A stretch of DNA of 63,763 nt, the filler included, from Octopus bimaculoides (taxonomy: Eukaryota): assembly GCF_001194135.2 (NCBI RefSeq). It is 3 parts of 3 records of this genome, joined end to end, with 100 filler letters (N's around TTAATTAATTAA, not from the genome) between each part and the next. Parts side by side here need not be neighbours in the genome. Positions count along the whole stretch, not along the records: positions 1 to 10,915 come from NC_068983.1; positions 11,016 to 34,604 come from NC_069006.1; 1 more part is not named here. One strand, 5' to 3'. Positions 1 through 14,046 of the stretch are shown here, one piece after another. The translations under genes were made by a program, and so were the position numbers. Numbering within the stretch: the first letter of the stretch is position 1; each line of letters begins with the position of its first letter. Under the pieces are notes generated by a model. It ran no database searches, was not told the DNA's origin, and saw only the letters and a program-made list of their open reading frames with translations.

Positions 1-1379
1 ATATATATATATATATATATACATATATCTACATACATACGCATGTATGTAAATATGTATTATGAATGTATGTATGTACATACGCCTTCGGAAACAACTA
101 TATTTATACAAATATACATTTATATGTAGATATAAGTTCTTGCACAATCTCCCAAACAAGATCCTCTCTCTCCTTGTTTCTGTCTATCTCTGCCTCAGTA
201 CATACACACAGACACTAAGAAACACAAACACACACACACAAACATATACACCAATATAAATGTGTATGCGCGTGTAAGTGTGTGTGTGTATTTATCATAT
301 TTATAGATGCAGGTAAAAAAATGTTGTGGTAGAGAATTAATGTGTACCACGGATCAAATTGATGCAAATTCTCACCTGAAAGGTGTACAAATGAACAGAG
401 GCAAGCGACAAAAAGAAATTGTACAACAAAGTAAAATACGCCATTTCGAGTGATGCCGTTTATTAAAGGGAAGAAAGTCGAATAGAAAGCAATATTGAGG
501 GATAAGTGATACAATAAAGTACCATGCACACAAATTGGAAAACAACTATGGGAATTTATGTTACCTTTCTTAGATTGATTTAATTTTTTACGATGTTATG
601 TTAAACCATTTTTAAACAGAAGAGTATATAAAAGACAGGAATGATATATATGTAGATATATTCAGACTTGTTTGAGACGTTTAATGTTACAGATCTTTTA
701 TCTTTTACTTATTTCAATCATTGGACTGCAGCCATGCAGGATACGCGCTTTGAGGAATTTTATTCGAAGAAATCTACATCTATCGGATAAAGATTTAGCA
801 TGCAGAGGAACGCACGACCTAAGATTCCTCCATTACATTATTCATAAAAGAATGATGTTCTATGAATTCAAGTATGCAGGCGATGACAAAAATACCGTTC
901 CTTATGAAATTTTACCGAATAAACTGGACAATAAACGTAGGGATTTCTTTCTTACATAATGGTGTAAATTCAAGGCAAATATCTGAAGGTATATTTTAGT
1001 GTGAAAAAGACGAATGATATGATATAGCGTTCAAACAGTTTGAAGTGTACAGTCGGTCCCAATATTTATTTTCACTTTTTCAGAATTTACAGGCCGCGAG
1101 TGCATTTGAAAATCGGAAATAATATTAGTACAAACAACGAAAGTATTTTCGGGGCATGAGCAAGAAAATATGTAATCATGCTTGGGGAATGCAAAATCAA
1201 GGGTATTAGAACAAGCTGATTTCAGGTAATTGTTGTACCTGAAATATAAAATATACCACGTAAGTGATAACATGTATGTGTAAAGTTAGAGTTATGTAAT
1301 GCATGTAATAATATTATAAAAATTGCGTTCTAGGCTTCTGTTTCGTGACTGGCGTATATTACGTTCAATGTATAAAGGC

Positions 1380-1424
<45 letters not shown>

Positions 1425-4400
1425 NNNNNNNNNNNNNNNNNNNNNNNNNNNNNNNNNNNNNNNNNNNNNNNNNNNNNNNNNNNNNNNNNNNNNNNNNNNN
1501 NNNNNNNNNNNNNNNNNNNNNNNNNNNNNNNNNNNNNNNNNNNNNNNNNNNNNNNNNNNNNNNNNNNNNNNNNNNNTATATACACTTATGTATGGATGTA
1601 TATATTTAGGAGTGTATTTCTGTTTCGCTATTTCTTTTAGTCAAAAATATGTTTATCTTCCGTTGTGTTTTTGCAACGATTTTTCCATCAGTCAACAGAG
1701 TTATGATTGAATTTAACAAATTCTTTTGTTTTTTCATATTTTTTAATGACTTGTATATTTATGTATGTGATTTGCAATACCTTCAAACGCACAGAAAGAA
1801 ACGTATATTACCACTTCGGTTCGTATTTACACCCGTAAATGTATATAAATATCCACTTGTTCATATGTTTATGTAAAACTATACATATATTGTGAATGTG
1901 CGTATATACGTATACATTGAGCAAATATTTATCTGAATATAATATTCAGTTAACAGAGTGACTCATACAGTAAAACATACACTCACTCACACACGCACAC
2001 CAAACACACATATGTATATATATATATATATATNNNNNNNNNNNNNNNNNNNNNNNNNNNNNNNNNNNNNNNNNNNNNNNNNNNNNNNNNNNNNNNNNNN
2101 NNNNNNNNNNNNNNNNNNNNNNNNNNNNNNNNNTATATATGTATATATGTATGTATGCATGTATATGCATATATATATACATTATGTGAGTGTATGTGAT
2201 GGGGTGAAGGAGCATGGCCTTGTGCCAAAGTTAATGCACCCACAATTGCGAGAACGTCGTTTCGACTCCATTTCACGTTACACATTCCATTTAGCTTTAG
2301 ATGGGTAACTCTTCGACGGAATGAAGTTTCATTTATGAGATGCTATTAATCCTATTATTTTCCATTCGCCATGAACGTTCATTAAATTTAAATTTGTAGT
2401 TATTTATTGCCTCTCGTCTGTCGCCATTTCGTATATGCTCTGTAGTTAGACATAATATAGGTTTCGTGAATGTTCCTCTTATTTAAATATGCTCCCCTTC
2501 AATTCTAAGTCCATGTTTGGTCACACGCTGTTTTCTTCTTCACATAGAATTTATTTCATTTTTAGAATTATTTATTAGCAATTTGGTTACGTATAGTATA
2601 ATTATCTGGTTCGTATTTTACGGTCTTACTTTTAAACATTTATTGCAACGGAAATATTCTGTTCAGGCTTAATGTCATCATAGAACGAGTCTGTAATTAA
2701 TAATGCATACCAATGTACTGTTATATAAAACCACGAAAGTCTCTCGCGTACATATATGCATACACACACACATCTATATATGTATATATATATATATNNN
2801 NNNNNNNNNNNNNNNNNNNNNNNNNNNNNNNNNNNNNNNNNNNNNNNNNNNNNNNNNNNNNNNNNNNNNNNNNNNNNNNNNNNNNNNNNNNNNNNNNNNN
2901 NNNNNNNNNNNNNNNNNNNNNNNNNNNNNNNNNNNNNNNNNNNNNNNNNNNNNNNNNNNNNNNNNNNNNNNNNNNNNNNNNNNNNNNNNNNNNNNNNNNN
3001 NNNNNNNNNNNNNNNNNNNNNNNNNNNNNNNNNNNNNNNNNNNNNNNNNNNNNNNNNNNNNNNNNNNNNNNNNNNNNNNNNNNNNNNNNNNNNNNNNNNN
3101 NNNNNNNNNNNNNNNNNNNNNNNNNNNNNNNNNNNNNNNNNNNNNNNNNNNNNNNNNNNNNNNNNNNNNNNNNNNNNNNNNNNNNNNNNNNNNNNNNNNN
3201 NNNNNNNNNNNNNNNNNNNNNNNNNNNNNNNNNNNNNNNNNNNNNNNNNNNNNNNNNNNNNNNNNNNNNNNNNNNNNNNNNNNNNNNNNNNNNNNNNNNN
3301 NNNNNNNNNNNNNNNNNNNNNNNNNNNNNNNNNNNNNNNNNNNNNNNNNNNNNNNNNNNNNNNNNNNNNNNNNNNNNNNNNNNNNNNNNNNNNNNNNNNN
3401 NNNNNNNNNNNNNNNNNNNNNNNNNNNNNNNNNNNNNNNNNNNNNNNNNNNNNNNNNNNNNNNNNNNNNNNNNNNNNNNNNNNNNNNNNNNNNNNNNNNN
3501 NNNNNNNNNNNNNNNNNNNNNNNNNNNNNNNNNNNNNNNNNNNNNNNNNNNNNNNNNNNNNNNNNNNNNNNNNNNNNNNNNNNNNNNNNNNNNNNNTATA
3601 TATATATATATTTATATATATATATATATATATATATCGTGTGTGGGAGGCTTATGCGGTCACTTACGCACTTGTAATTTAAAATATATTGATTTTTAAC
3701 CAGCCTCGATTTTTCAAATATCTACAATTTCGGCATTTTTTGCCCTAGCCATCGTAACATTAATTTGACGAAAATTGCCGGATTTTGACGAAAAATGCTT
3801 CATGGGTATAAACAGACAGCTAATTAACGGTAATCTATTCAGCAATTTCTAATTCTGAATTTCAATGCCAATTGTATGATTTACTAAAACTTAATATTCC
3901 ATTCCTTGTTTTAATTCATCAGCGTTTCCGGTTTTGATCAGGTAACACCATTTTATTTCTCAAGCACAATTGAACCATTTTGCACACTGTCTATTGTGAC
4001 ATCAGTGTGACAAAATATGCCCCAAAGCTACAGAGTACGCCATTTTACGCACATGCACAAAAATGACTCCCTACCAGTCTCTGCTCATTTTTTCGTCAAA
4101 TTGGTCCTGCCTATCAATACAGATTGAACATTTTTGAAAAAAATGTCGAAATTTGACGACAAGAGGTTCATGGCTATAAACACGCATCCTATTAACGGTA
4201 CTTTTATACATATGTATATATATATATATATATNNNNNNNNNNNNNNNNNNNNNNNNNNNNNNNNNNNNNNNNNNNNNNNNNNNNNNNNNNNNNNNNNNN
4301 NNNNNNNNNNNNNNNNNNNNNNNNNNNNNNNNNNNNNNNNNNNNNNNNNNNNNNNNNNNNNNNNNNNNNNNNNNNNNNNNNNNNNNNNNNTAACGATGGA

Positions 4401-4683
4401 AAACATTTAAATTGTGGAAAAAATAAATGAAAAGTTTTTTTTTTAAATGTTTCCATAGTATTCAAATACGAGGGGCATTTTCCTTGTTTCTGCCTGTCTC
4501 TGTCTCTTTTTTTTTTATTAAGAAAGAAAGAGGCACTCAAATCATTTCCTTGGAGTTATACCTATCATTATCTAAAATTTTTTACGGAAACATAGCTCGT
4601 CGGACACCATTTGATTAACAAACCCCAACCACCTAAAAGCCTATGAAATTTTAATTCGCATGGGGGCCAATGAAACTAATTTA

Positions 4684-4730
<47 letters not shown>

Positions 4731-4959
4731 TAATATATGTAAATATATACATTTTCTTTGTTAAAATGTAAATATATATTTTTTCTTTGTTTCAATATAC
4801 AAATGTATAAATATGTCTGTGTGTTCGTGTGTGTGCGTACGCGTGTGTGCGTACGCGTGTGTGCGTGTGTCTGTGTATATGTGTACCCCACAAACACAGA
4901 TTATATATGTTTATATAAACACATACATATATACATTGTCACACACATGCACACATATT

Positions 4960-4993
<34 letters not shown>

Positions 4994-5009
4994 ACATGTA
5001 TACATGTAA

Positions 5010-5325
5010 AGGCGCGTTCCTTAATGGTTAGGGCATTCGGTTTGCGATTGTAAGGTCGTGATTTCAATTCCCGGCGACGCGTTGTTTCCTTGAGCAAGAA
5101 ACTTTATTTCACGTTGTTCCAGTCCACTCAGCTGGCAAAAATGATTTGTACCTGTATTTCAAAGGGCCGGCCTTGTCACACTCTGTGTCACGCTGAATCT
5201 CCCTGAGAACTACCTTAGGAGTACACGTGTCTGTGGATTGCTCAGTCACTTGCACATTAATTTCATGAGCAAGCTCTTCCGTTGATCGTATCTGCTGGGA
5301 CCCTCGTCGTCGCAACCGATGGAGT
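5010..5325 (+). mobile_element. tRNA-derived SINE family C
   Basis: Head, then CTTGAGCAAGA.ACTTTATTTCACGTTG, then tail GTACCTGTATTTCAAAGGGCC...TTAATTTCATGAGCA. Confidence 0.8.
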
Positions 5326-5564
5326 ACTCTCTTTGCATACATACACTCTATAAAGAGAGGGAATGAAAACAATAGTTGTTTTACTTTCCCCAGATTTGGA
5401 CGTATATCCCTTATTCGCATAATCATCGAACCTGGAACTTAACAAACGTCTATCCATAGCACCTACTCAGTATTACCTGAAGCCTCTGGGTGTAATTGAC
5501 ACCACTGTCACTCATATATACAAGCATAATAATATATACTGATATTCAGGTATATTATATACTC

Positions 5565-5890
5565 AGTGGTTAGAGCTTCGAATTAACGATTATGAGATAT
5601 GTGAGTTTGATTGCCGGACCGGGTTGCGTATTGTGCTCTTGAGTAAGACACTTTATTTCACGTTGCTGCAGCTCACTCAGCTGCAGAAATGAGTTGCGAC
5701 ATCACTGGTGCCAAGATGTATCGGCCTTTAACACTCCATGGATAACATCCGTGGCGCGGATAGGGGAGGCTGGGTATGCATGGGTGACTGTTGGTCTTCC
5801 ATAAAACAACCTTGCCTGGACTCGTACCTCGGAGGATATCTTTCTAGATGCAAACCCATGTTAATTCATGAACGAAGGGGGTCACCCACT
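5565..5890 (+). mobile_element. tRNA-derived SINE family B
   Basis: CTCAGTGGTTAGAGC head; CTTGAGTAAGACACTTTATTTCACG; tail ...CGAAGGGGGT. Confidence 0.8.
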
Positions 5891-5893
5891 GAG

Positions 5894-5938
<45 letters not shown>

Positions 5939-6399
5939 NNNNNNNNNNNNNNNNNNNNNNNNNNNNNNNNNNNNNNNNNNNNNNNNNNNNNNNNNNNNNN
6001 NNNNNNNNNNNNNNNNNNNNNNNNNNNNNNNNNNNNNNNNNNNNNNNNNNNNNNNNNNNNNNNNNNNNNNNNNNNNNNNNNNNNNNNNNNNNNNNNNNNN
6101 NNNNNNNNNNNNNNNNNNNNNNNNNNNNNNNNNNNNNNNNNNNNNNNNNNNNNNNNNNNNNNNNNNNNNNNNNNNNNNNNNNNNNNNNNNNNNNNNNNNN
6201 NNNNNNNNNNNNNNNNNNNNNNNNNNNNNNNNNNNNNNNNNNNNNNNNNNNNATAAATATATATATACATACATACATACACACGCACATATCTATATTT
6301 ATATATATATATATATATAAATAAATATACTTCTCGCGCACACCCACGTCCACAGGCATATAAACACACACAGGCACATACGGACGGAACAGGTTAGAT

Positions 6400-6655
6400 A
6401 ACTCGTTTAACAGCACCTTTTCTTATTTCTTTACCGCCCACAATGGGCTTCACGCAGAGGGGACAAACAGGGACAGATAAAGGGATTAAGTCTATTATAT
6501 CGACCGCAATGCGTAACTGGTACTTATTTAATCGACCCCGAAAGGATGAAAGGCATAGTCGACCTCGGGGGAATTTGAACTTAGAACGTAACTGCAGACG
6601 AAATACCGCTAAGCATTTCGCCCAGCGTGCTAACGTTTCTGCCAGCTCACCGCCT
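6400..6655 (-). mobile_element. CORE-type SINE (OR2-like)
   Basis: Minus strand GGCGGTGAGCTGGCAGAAACGTTAGC head and the CORE-like GAGGTCGACTATGCCTTTCATCCTTTCGGGGTCGATTAAATAAGTACC. Confidence 0.8.
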
Positions 6656-8384
6656 TTTCTATTTAGCCTTCGTCAAGTACTTCTCCTTTTGCCTGAAGTA
6701 TTGACATTTATGGTAAAAGTGCAAACCACTCAACTGCAATATTACTGTGGATAAAAAATATATTCAACACACACACACACATATACCCAATCACAAAACT
6801 TATGTGTTCGCATGCATGCTTGAATTATTGCTTGTATGCTTGTGTTCTAAATATATATGAATTCTAAATGTATATGAATATAGTGTCATGTACGCATTGC
6901 CTGATGGATAGTAGGCGAATTCAAATCCATATTGTAATCAAATCATCATTGGCAAATTTTGTGGACTTGGCAATCCATATCTCAGTAAACTGCAGGAAAC
7001 AACACTCTTATATCTGATAACTGCCAAGTAAAATGATGACGCATTGCTTCAAGTTTCGTACACGTAACATTTTGTGTTCAAATTCAAATTGTCGTAAAAG
7101 TGGAGTAGATGCAGAATGACAATGCAAAAGGGTTTACAAATTTATCCAGTGGTCGATTTGTTCGACTAAAGCATGGCCGCAGTCAAATGAGTGAAACAAG
7201 TAAAATATTAAAAAATAATAAAATATATATATGTGGTGGTGGTGTGTGTGTGTGTGTGCGTGCGTGTGCATTCTTATGTGATTATGCATGTGCGCGCGTG
7301 TGTGTGTGTGTACATCAGTTTCTATGTGAATTTCTAGCCATTTATATGTAACAACATGCTATAGTCCAACTTCAATATACAATTCTCACGTATATCATTT
7401 ATTTGCTTTTTCTACGCAACTTTTTTCACGCACAAAACAGCATGTAGTGATTAATCGTATTATGCACCCTGTTGTGCATATAATATATGTATGGTGCATT
7501 CAGTTCCTAATGCATTTCAGTCCATATGTTGTTTATGTTCTACTTCTGAGTTGCTCCGATTGACAGACCCTCAGTGAAAGACATTCCCGCAGTGAGATAA
7601 CTGCTGTTATATCAGTTATACAGGATTGCATTGTTGCTTAGAGTATCGCTCGTTTTATAAAGTAAGATGTTTGATCTAAAATTAAATTTGTATGTTACTT
7701 TTACCAATTCCTGAAATCTTATAATGTATTCTAGCTAAACTGCCAATTAGCTCAAAATAGCTTATGTCCCTGCATACTTTTCATTAATAGATTATATTCC
7801 ACATAACTAAGAAATAGTGCTTTGTAGATAGTAATAAAGAAGTGTGCAGATGTGCTGTAGATCTTATTGGATACTTCTGTCAGCAATGACAACAGTGGAA
7901 TCTATTCATGAGAAACCGTACACAATTTGATGTGATATAGCAAGCTGGATGATATACCTCGCAAATAAAGTGGTTAGGGTTTGAATACGGGAAACTGAGC
8001 ATTCTTTCCAGTCTTTTGCAAATTATAAAATCATGGAAATCTATGAAACAGTATGCTGGCTATTATTATTATTATTGTTCAGTAGTTTTATTTTATAACG
8101 TGCTTTCACTTCACTACCGAGCGCAGCTCTGTGCGCCTTGGGTATGTGCTGTGGTTTGCTGTGGTGCTCTTATGTTTACTGTACTGAAAGTGTTTTGCGT
8201 AGAATGTGTGCAGTACCCAGTAGTGCAATTTTCTGTATGTTATATATATATTTGTAAGTCCTGGTGTTTTTGTTATGTATTTGTCTGAATATTTTTCTTA
8301 TTATACCTAAGGCACCTACTATGATAGGAATTGCTTCTGTTTTTAGACTCCACGCTCTAGTTCGCCCTTTTAAAGCCTAACCAG

Positions 8385-8668
8385 ACTCATGGGCCCGGTT
8401 TCACGCTCTCTGTGGTGTATGTGTTTCTCCCCTCCCAGCTGGACGGGACGCCAGTCCATCGCAGCGTTACTCATGAAACAAGGAGAAAGAGTGAGAGAAA
8501 GTCGGGCGAAAGAGAATAACAGGGGTCGCCACCACCCTCTGCCGGAGCCTCGTGGAGCTTTAGGTGTTTTCGCTCAATAAACACATACACCGCCCGGTCT
8601 GGGAATCGAAACCGCGATCATCCGACCGTGAATCCGCTCCCCTAACCACTGGGCCATTGCGCCTCCAC
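8385..8668 (-). mobile_element. SINE with head D and a V-domain-like body
   Basis: Minus strand GTGGAGGCGCAATGGCCCAGTGGTTAGG head; CTGCGATGGACTGGCGTCCCGTCCAG resembles the V-SINE domain. Confidence 0.75.
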
Positions 8669-9144
8669 TGCTGGCTAGTATAGAGTTTGTTATTTCTTAA
8701 AGCACGATTTCAGTACAAGTGTATAATGTGGAACGGAATAGGATGTAATTTTGGTGTTCATCCACGAGTAGTTCACGAAGAGGTATGTTGTTGAAGCCAC
8801 ACTATAATTTTATGTAAAATTGGGTGTTGTATATTATAGGAAATTTTTGTGCGACATTCGTCCATTACATGTTCCTAAAATTCCTATAATTGCGTTAAAG
8901 AGATTGTGGAATTTGTAAGATGCTACATTTTTTAGGTATTTCTTGCACTCAAAACACATATGTTCAGCAGTTTTCTTAATCTGCTTATTTGATAGTGTGA
9001 TGCATAAAATTATCTTCAATATATAGGTCAATACCGACAAAATAAATTGGTCCACTCATTAAACACAATTATTTCTAATAAAAATATAACCCTGTCTCAA
9101 TTTTGAAGTTAATATGCTAATATGCGCGTATGCACCACCGTACG

Positions 9145-9227
<83 letters not shown>

Positions 9228-10867
9228 CAGGAAAGACAAGCAAATGTAATTTGAATGCCATGATGATTAGCAATATCACATATGTAAACTATATTGAATT
9301 TGATTCATGGCATTTGCATTTCATAACTTAGGAAGGAAAATATTTCAGATTTAACACTGCAATATTATCCATCGGCCATATTGCTTTCTACTTCACCAAC
9401 GTGAGTAGGTGTTGTCTAATTAACGGGTTATAAAACATTCATTATTGTCATTAAGTAAATGTGTGAATTATTTTTTGTTTCTTTTTTTTTTGATACAGTT
9501 ATTCTTTATTTTCTTTATTCTTTGTGTTCGAAAAGAAAAAAAAAAGAAATGATTTAATTTTGCAGCTATACATTTATGAACGGAACGTTACAAGAAACGG
9601 AAACAGTAAATTATAACATCTGACACAAAAGCTGCTCTTTAATTAATTGAAATTAACTTGCCCTAGTCTATTGAATTTCAAATTCAATTTGCATATACTT
9701 TGACAGGTTTCACACAAGTAAACTTTACGTCACTGCTTTTTACAACAAGTGATATCTAACATTTTGTAATTATAATTGATTTTCTCTAATCAAGCCTCGT
9801 ATACACTACAAATATCCTCCACGGATTCGTTCATCATCATTTCGGATTTAAATTATATTGTAAATGAAGCTTCATTTCATAAAAATAAATATTAAATAGA
9901 TAAATTCAAGAGGCTTGGTATTTTCAATATATTTTGCAAAAACCTGATGAATGTTTTATTGCGAAAGTCTCAAAAATCTATTTGATTTTGCCTACTTGTA
10001 AAATGGGATATATTACAGGATATATCCAGAGAAAAAACGAAAAGGAAAATAAGTTGAGAAAATAAAATGTTGCTATATAATTTTCTCAAAAGAGAAAAAA
10101 AAAAAAGCGAGAGAAGAGGGAAAATAACTCTATGTAATAATGTAATGGAATATGCTACATTTACAGACAAAAGCACTAATATGCGCACAAACTCGTTCTC
10201 TCTCTTTACTGACTGTCTCTTACACACACAAATATTATATACAACAGTGGACAACATTGAGGATGAGTGTTCAGCACAGTATTTGGTGGATATATATGAT
10301 GTATACATTAAAAAGGCAACCAGCTCTGCAATTGAGTTTGAATTCCAGACACTATGCTCTAAAGTGATACTATATATTTGCCTGTTCATTTTTGCGTTCA
10401 ACAGGTTTCTACACTCTCCATGATAAACCAGCCTTAAACCCTACTGTCTATACCAATTGCATTACGGCATTCGACGCAATTTATTTGTAAGCATATAATT
10501 ATATGTGTGTGTGCGTGTGTGTGCGTACATGCTTGTTTGTGCGTGTGTTTGCGTACATGCTTGTGTGTGCCCGTGCGTATCCGACGTATTGATGGAGTAG
10601 TAAAATGCAGAATCATTGTCTTTTATAACCCAGTCAGTGTTTATCAGCATCAAAAAGGCCCACATTCCAAATGAAATAATTACAATGTGGTGCTTGTTGA
10701 TACTTGCAATACTAATACTTTTGTACGCATGCATTGAAGAAAAGAGAAGGATATAATATTTCGAGCGTAGCTCTCCGTCAGAATGAAGTAAGAGTAAGAA
10801 GATCCAGAGAGATGGAAAATAATAGTACGAGAAAAGGACATGCGTCATTACACACACACACACACGC

Positions 10868-10915
<48 letters not shown>

Positions 10916-11015
10916 NNNNNNNNNNNNNNNNNNNNNNNNNNNNNNNNNNNNNNNNNNNNTTAATTAATTAANNNNNNNNNNNNNNNNNNNNNNNNNNNNN
11001 NNNNNNNNNNNNNNN
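10916..11015. other. Assembly linker (six-frame-stop spacer)
   Basis: 44 N + TTAATTAATTAA + 44 N = exactly 100 nt; identical to 34605-34704. Confidence 0.9.
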
Positions 11016-11280
11016 AAAAAAAAAAAAAAAAAAAAAATGAATGAAATACTCATAAGGAAAGACTGGATGGTCATGGGTGGAACATTTTTGATTGTGTGTC
11101 TCTCCTGGATCAGGGCAGACCTGGGGTTAAGTACTATCATAACAATAACAATAATAATGACAAAAACTTGTTATCACCATCACCATCAATACCACGATCA
11201 TTAATAATGTCTACACCTTTAATTATACATGTATTATAAATCCTGGATGATTTAGTTTTCATTTCTATTTTATTATTATT

Positions 11281-11313
<33 letters not shown>

Positions 11314-11444
11314 ATTAGTAATTTCTCTAACATGTTTTATTATGAATCATACTTATTGTGTTGATGTTATTTTTTTAAATATATCATTTGTTAAAAATTT
11401 TGGTAATATCCCATTATTCATTATCCTTGAGACAAATAATAAAT

Positions 11445-11475
<31 letters not shown>

Positions 11476-11871
11476 CAGTTTATCCATCCATTGTCCATTG
11501 CAATTAGCTACAGCTTCTTGTGTTCTTTTCTTTTTAAAAGTTAGTTAAGAAAATCTGTATAAGAGATGAAAGCAGCATTTATACTGAGAAGTGGCCCCAG
11601 CTAGAGTGCTTTTCACAAAGCACCGGCACAAGCACTTTTCTCATGCCAATGGCACAAGTACTTTTTATGAGGTGCAAGAATGAGTGCTTACACTGAGCTG
11701 GCACGAGCCATAAAGGACTTGCCTTATATGTGTGTCTGTGTGTGTGTGGGTGTGTGTATATATATATATATNNNNNNNNNNNNNNNNNNNNNNNNNNNNN
11801 NNNNNNNNNNNNNNNNNNNNNNNNNNNNNNNNNNNNNNNNNNNNNNNNNNNNNNNNNNNNNNNNNNNNNNN

Positions 11872-11904
<33 letters not shown>

Positions 11905-12132
11905 AATATATATATATAAATCTATATATAAATATTACATGCATATATATACATGTATATATATATATACATGTATATATATACATATATACACATATAT
12001 ATACATATATACACATATATATATATATATACATATATACACATATATACATATATATACATACATATATATATATATATACATATATATATACATACAT
12101 ATATATATATACATACATATATATATACATAC

Positions 12133-12163
<31 letters not shown>

Positions 12164-12345
12164 CATACATATATATACATGCATATACACATATATATAT
12201 ACATACATATATATATATACATACATATACACCTATATATATATACATACATATACACATATATATATACACATATATACACATATATACACATATATAC
12301 ACATATATATACGTATATATATATACACATATATAAATATATACA
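11872..12345. repeat. (TA)n/(TACA)n compound microsatellite
   Basis: Read directly from the sequence. Confidence 0.95.
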
Positions 12346-12693
12346 TTCAATGTGGCTCTCTAATTATGTCTATACCCATGAGACCACCAAGACACCCAGC
12401 ATTAACGTAGTAAATTAACGGATATTTAAATCTATCATAACTATATATACGTATGTATATTTATTTATTCAGATCTAAAGCTCCCCTCTTTTGCCACTCT
12501 GGTTTTGGTGCTTACACTTTTTATTGCAATGGAGAGGCCAATCACTTTGAGATACATGCACAAGATGAACGATGCGTAAAGGATTATACACATATGCACA
12601 AACTCACAATGCTTACCTTCGGTTTTTAAAATCATTAATAATTAGATATCCTATCTGCTTTCTCTTCTACACCTGGCTCCAGTTTTTGTTCGT

Positions 12694-12700
12694 TACTAAC
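12694..12700 (+). promoter_or_regulatory. Splice branch point
   Basis: Perfect TACTAAC followed by a pyrimidine tract and the AG at 12736-12737. Confidence 0.65.
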
Positions 12701-12737
12701 ATTTGTTCTTCCATTTTTTCATTACTTACTCTTTCAG

Positions 12738-12881
12738 TGACCGTGCCTCTATTTCAACCTCCAGGCTCTATCAAGTCATACATAGACCCACATACTTATG
12801 AAGACCCTAACCAAGCTGTCAGGGAATTCACCAGAGAAATTGACTCCTCACATATTACTATTGAGTCAGTTCTTGGAGGAG
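12738..12881 (+). CDS. Eph: Eph receptor tyrosine kinase, juxtamembrane/kinase-start exon (144 nt, phase 1-1)
   Basis: ttactctttcag|TG...GGAG|gtaatg; encodes (V)[47 protein letters not shown], the Eph juxtamembrane double-Tyr motif. Confidence 0.95.
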
Positions 12882-13745
12882 GTAATGACAAAATATGAAC
12901 TTTTATTTTTTCTTTTGTTTTTGATCCATTATATTTTACTCTGAAATATCACAATAGGGAACCAGTCATTGGTTCTTGAGCATTTTTTACCTATGCACCC
13001 TTTTGGTTTGCTATTTTATTCTGGTGTCCCACCATCTGCCATAAACGTTAAATGTTTTACCCATTACCTCCCATAATTCTATTAACTGGAATTTATTTTT
13101 TATGAAAGTTTGATTTCTAGCATAAAACAGCCTTAGAAACACGCTGGAATGATCAAAATAACATTTTAAATAGAAATAAGCGAGATATTGGGTGAAAAAT
13201 TAGCAAACCTCATTTGAATATCAGAGAAATATACCTAGTAGATATAGCAAAAAGGTTAGACATATGTAAATATTGACAGATGATTACAAAATTTGAAATT
13301 TGAACTTGGAAGGGCGACCGCTTCTTTGACTATCAGTCACAGATCCTGTAGTCATGAGTTTTGCATGACAATTCTTGATTGTCTTTGGGTCAATTTGAGC
13401 ATGTCTTCCCTTAATGGTTCTCTACCATCTTTGCACTTGAACAATGGATCTCTAAACTTCCTAACGTGCAGCTATCTGGGCACGTTCCTGTACAGTAAGA
13501 TGTCCAGCCATTTTTGTAGGGTTTTGAAATTTCAAACAAATTAACAAGATTAAAAACCAAATTCATATAACAGATCTGAAAAGAAAACAAAAGCATAGAT
13601 TTAATTGCCACACATTAAGTAACATACACACAACAATTGAGAAACATATTACAGCATTTGAATAAATTATAGTTATTTTAGAATAGGGAGTTACTTACGA
13701 ATCACCCTGTGTGTGTGTGTATATATATATATATACACATATATA

Positions 13746-13909
13746 CGACGCGCTTCTTTCAGTTTCCATCTACCAAATCCACTCACGAGGCTTTGGTCAG
13801 CCCGAGGCTATAGTAGAAGACACTTGCCCAAGGTGTCACACTGTGGGACTGAACCCGGAACCATGTGGTTGGTAAGCAACCTACTTACCACACAGCCACT
13901 CCTGTGCCT
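13746..13909 (-). mobile_element. SINE family A, tRNA-like head half
   Basis: Reverse complement of GTGGCTGTGTGGTAAG...GGTTCAGTCCCA...GGAAACTGAAAGAAG. Confidence 0.85.
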
Positions 13910-14046
13910 AATTCACTTTAAAACAAGAAATTTGTATTTTAGAACCAAAAGTTAGTCACAGACAGGTTACTGTGAAACAAATTAAACAAAAGAATGAAGA
14001 AAATGGATGATTTAATAACTTTTACTTTTTCACTCTCTATTTCCAG

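Noticed and set aside
1084-1225. Strong + strand acceptor/donor pair (142 nt)
   Set aside because: Stops in all three frames and no similarity to Eph; could only be non-coding
9944-9975. CTGATGA...GCGAAAGTC hammerhead-like words
   Set aside because: Stems I and II do not pair
11038-11130. Signal-peptide-like ORF MNEILIRKDWMVMGGTFLIVCLSWIRADLG
   Set aside because: Starts at a poly(A) run next to the linker and runs into simple repeats; no other support
12473-12576. Possible upstream Eph exon (SKAPLFCHSGFGAYTFYCNGE or LKLPSFATLVLVLTLFIAM)
   Set aside because: No donor in the phase needed to join 12738; the hydrophobic run is too short for a TM helix
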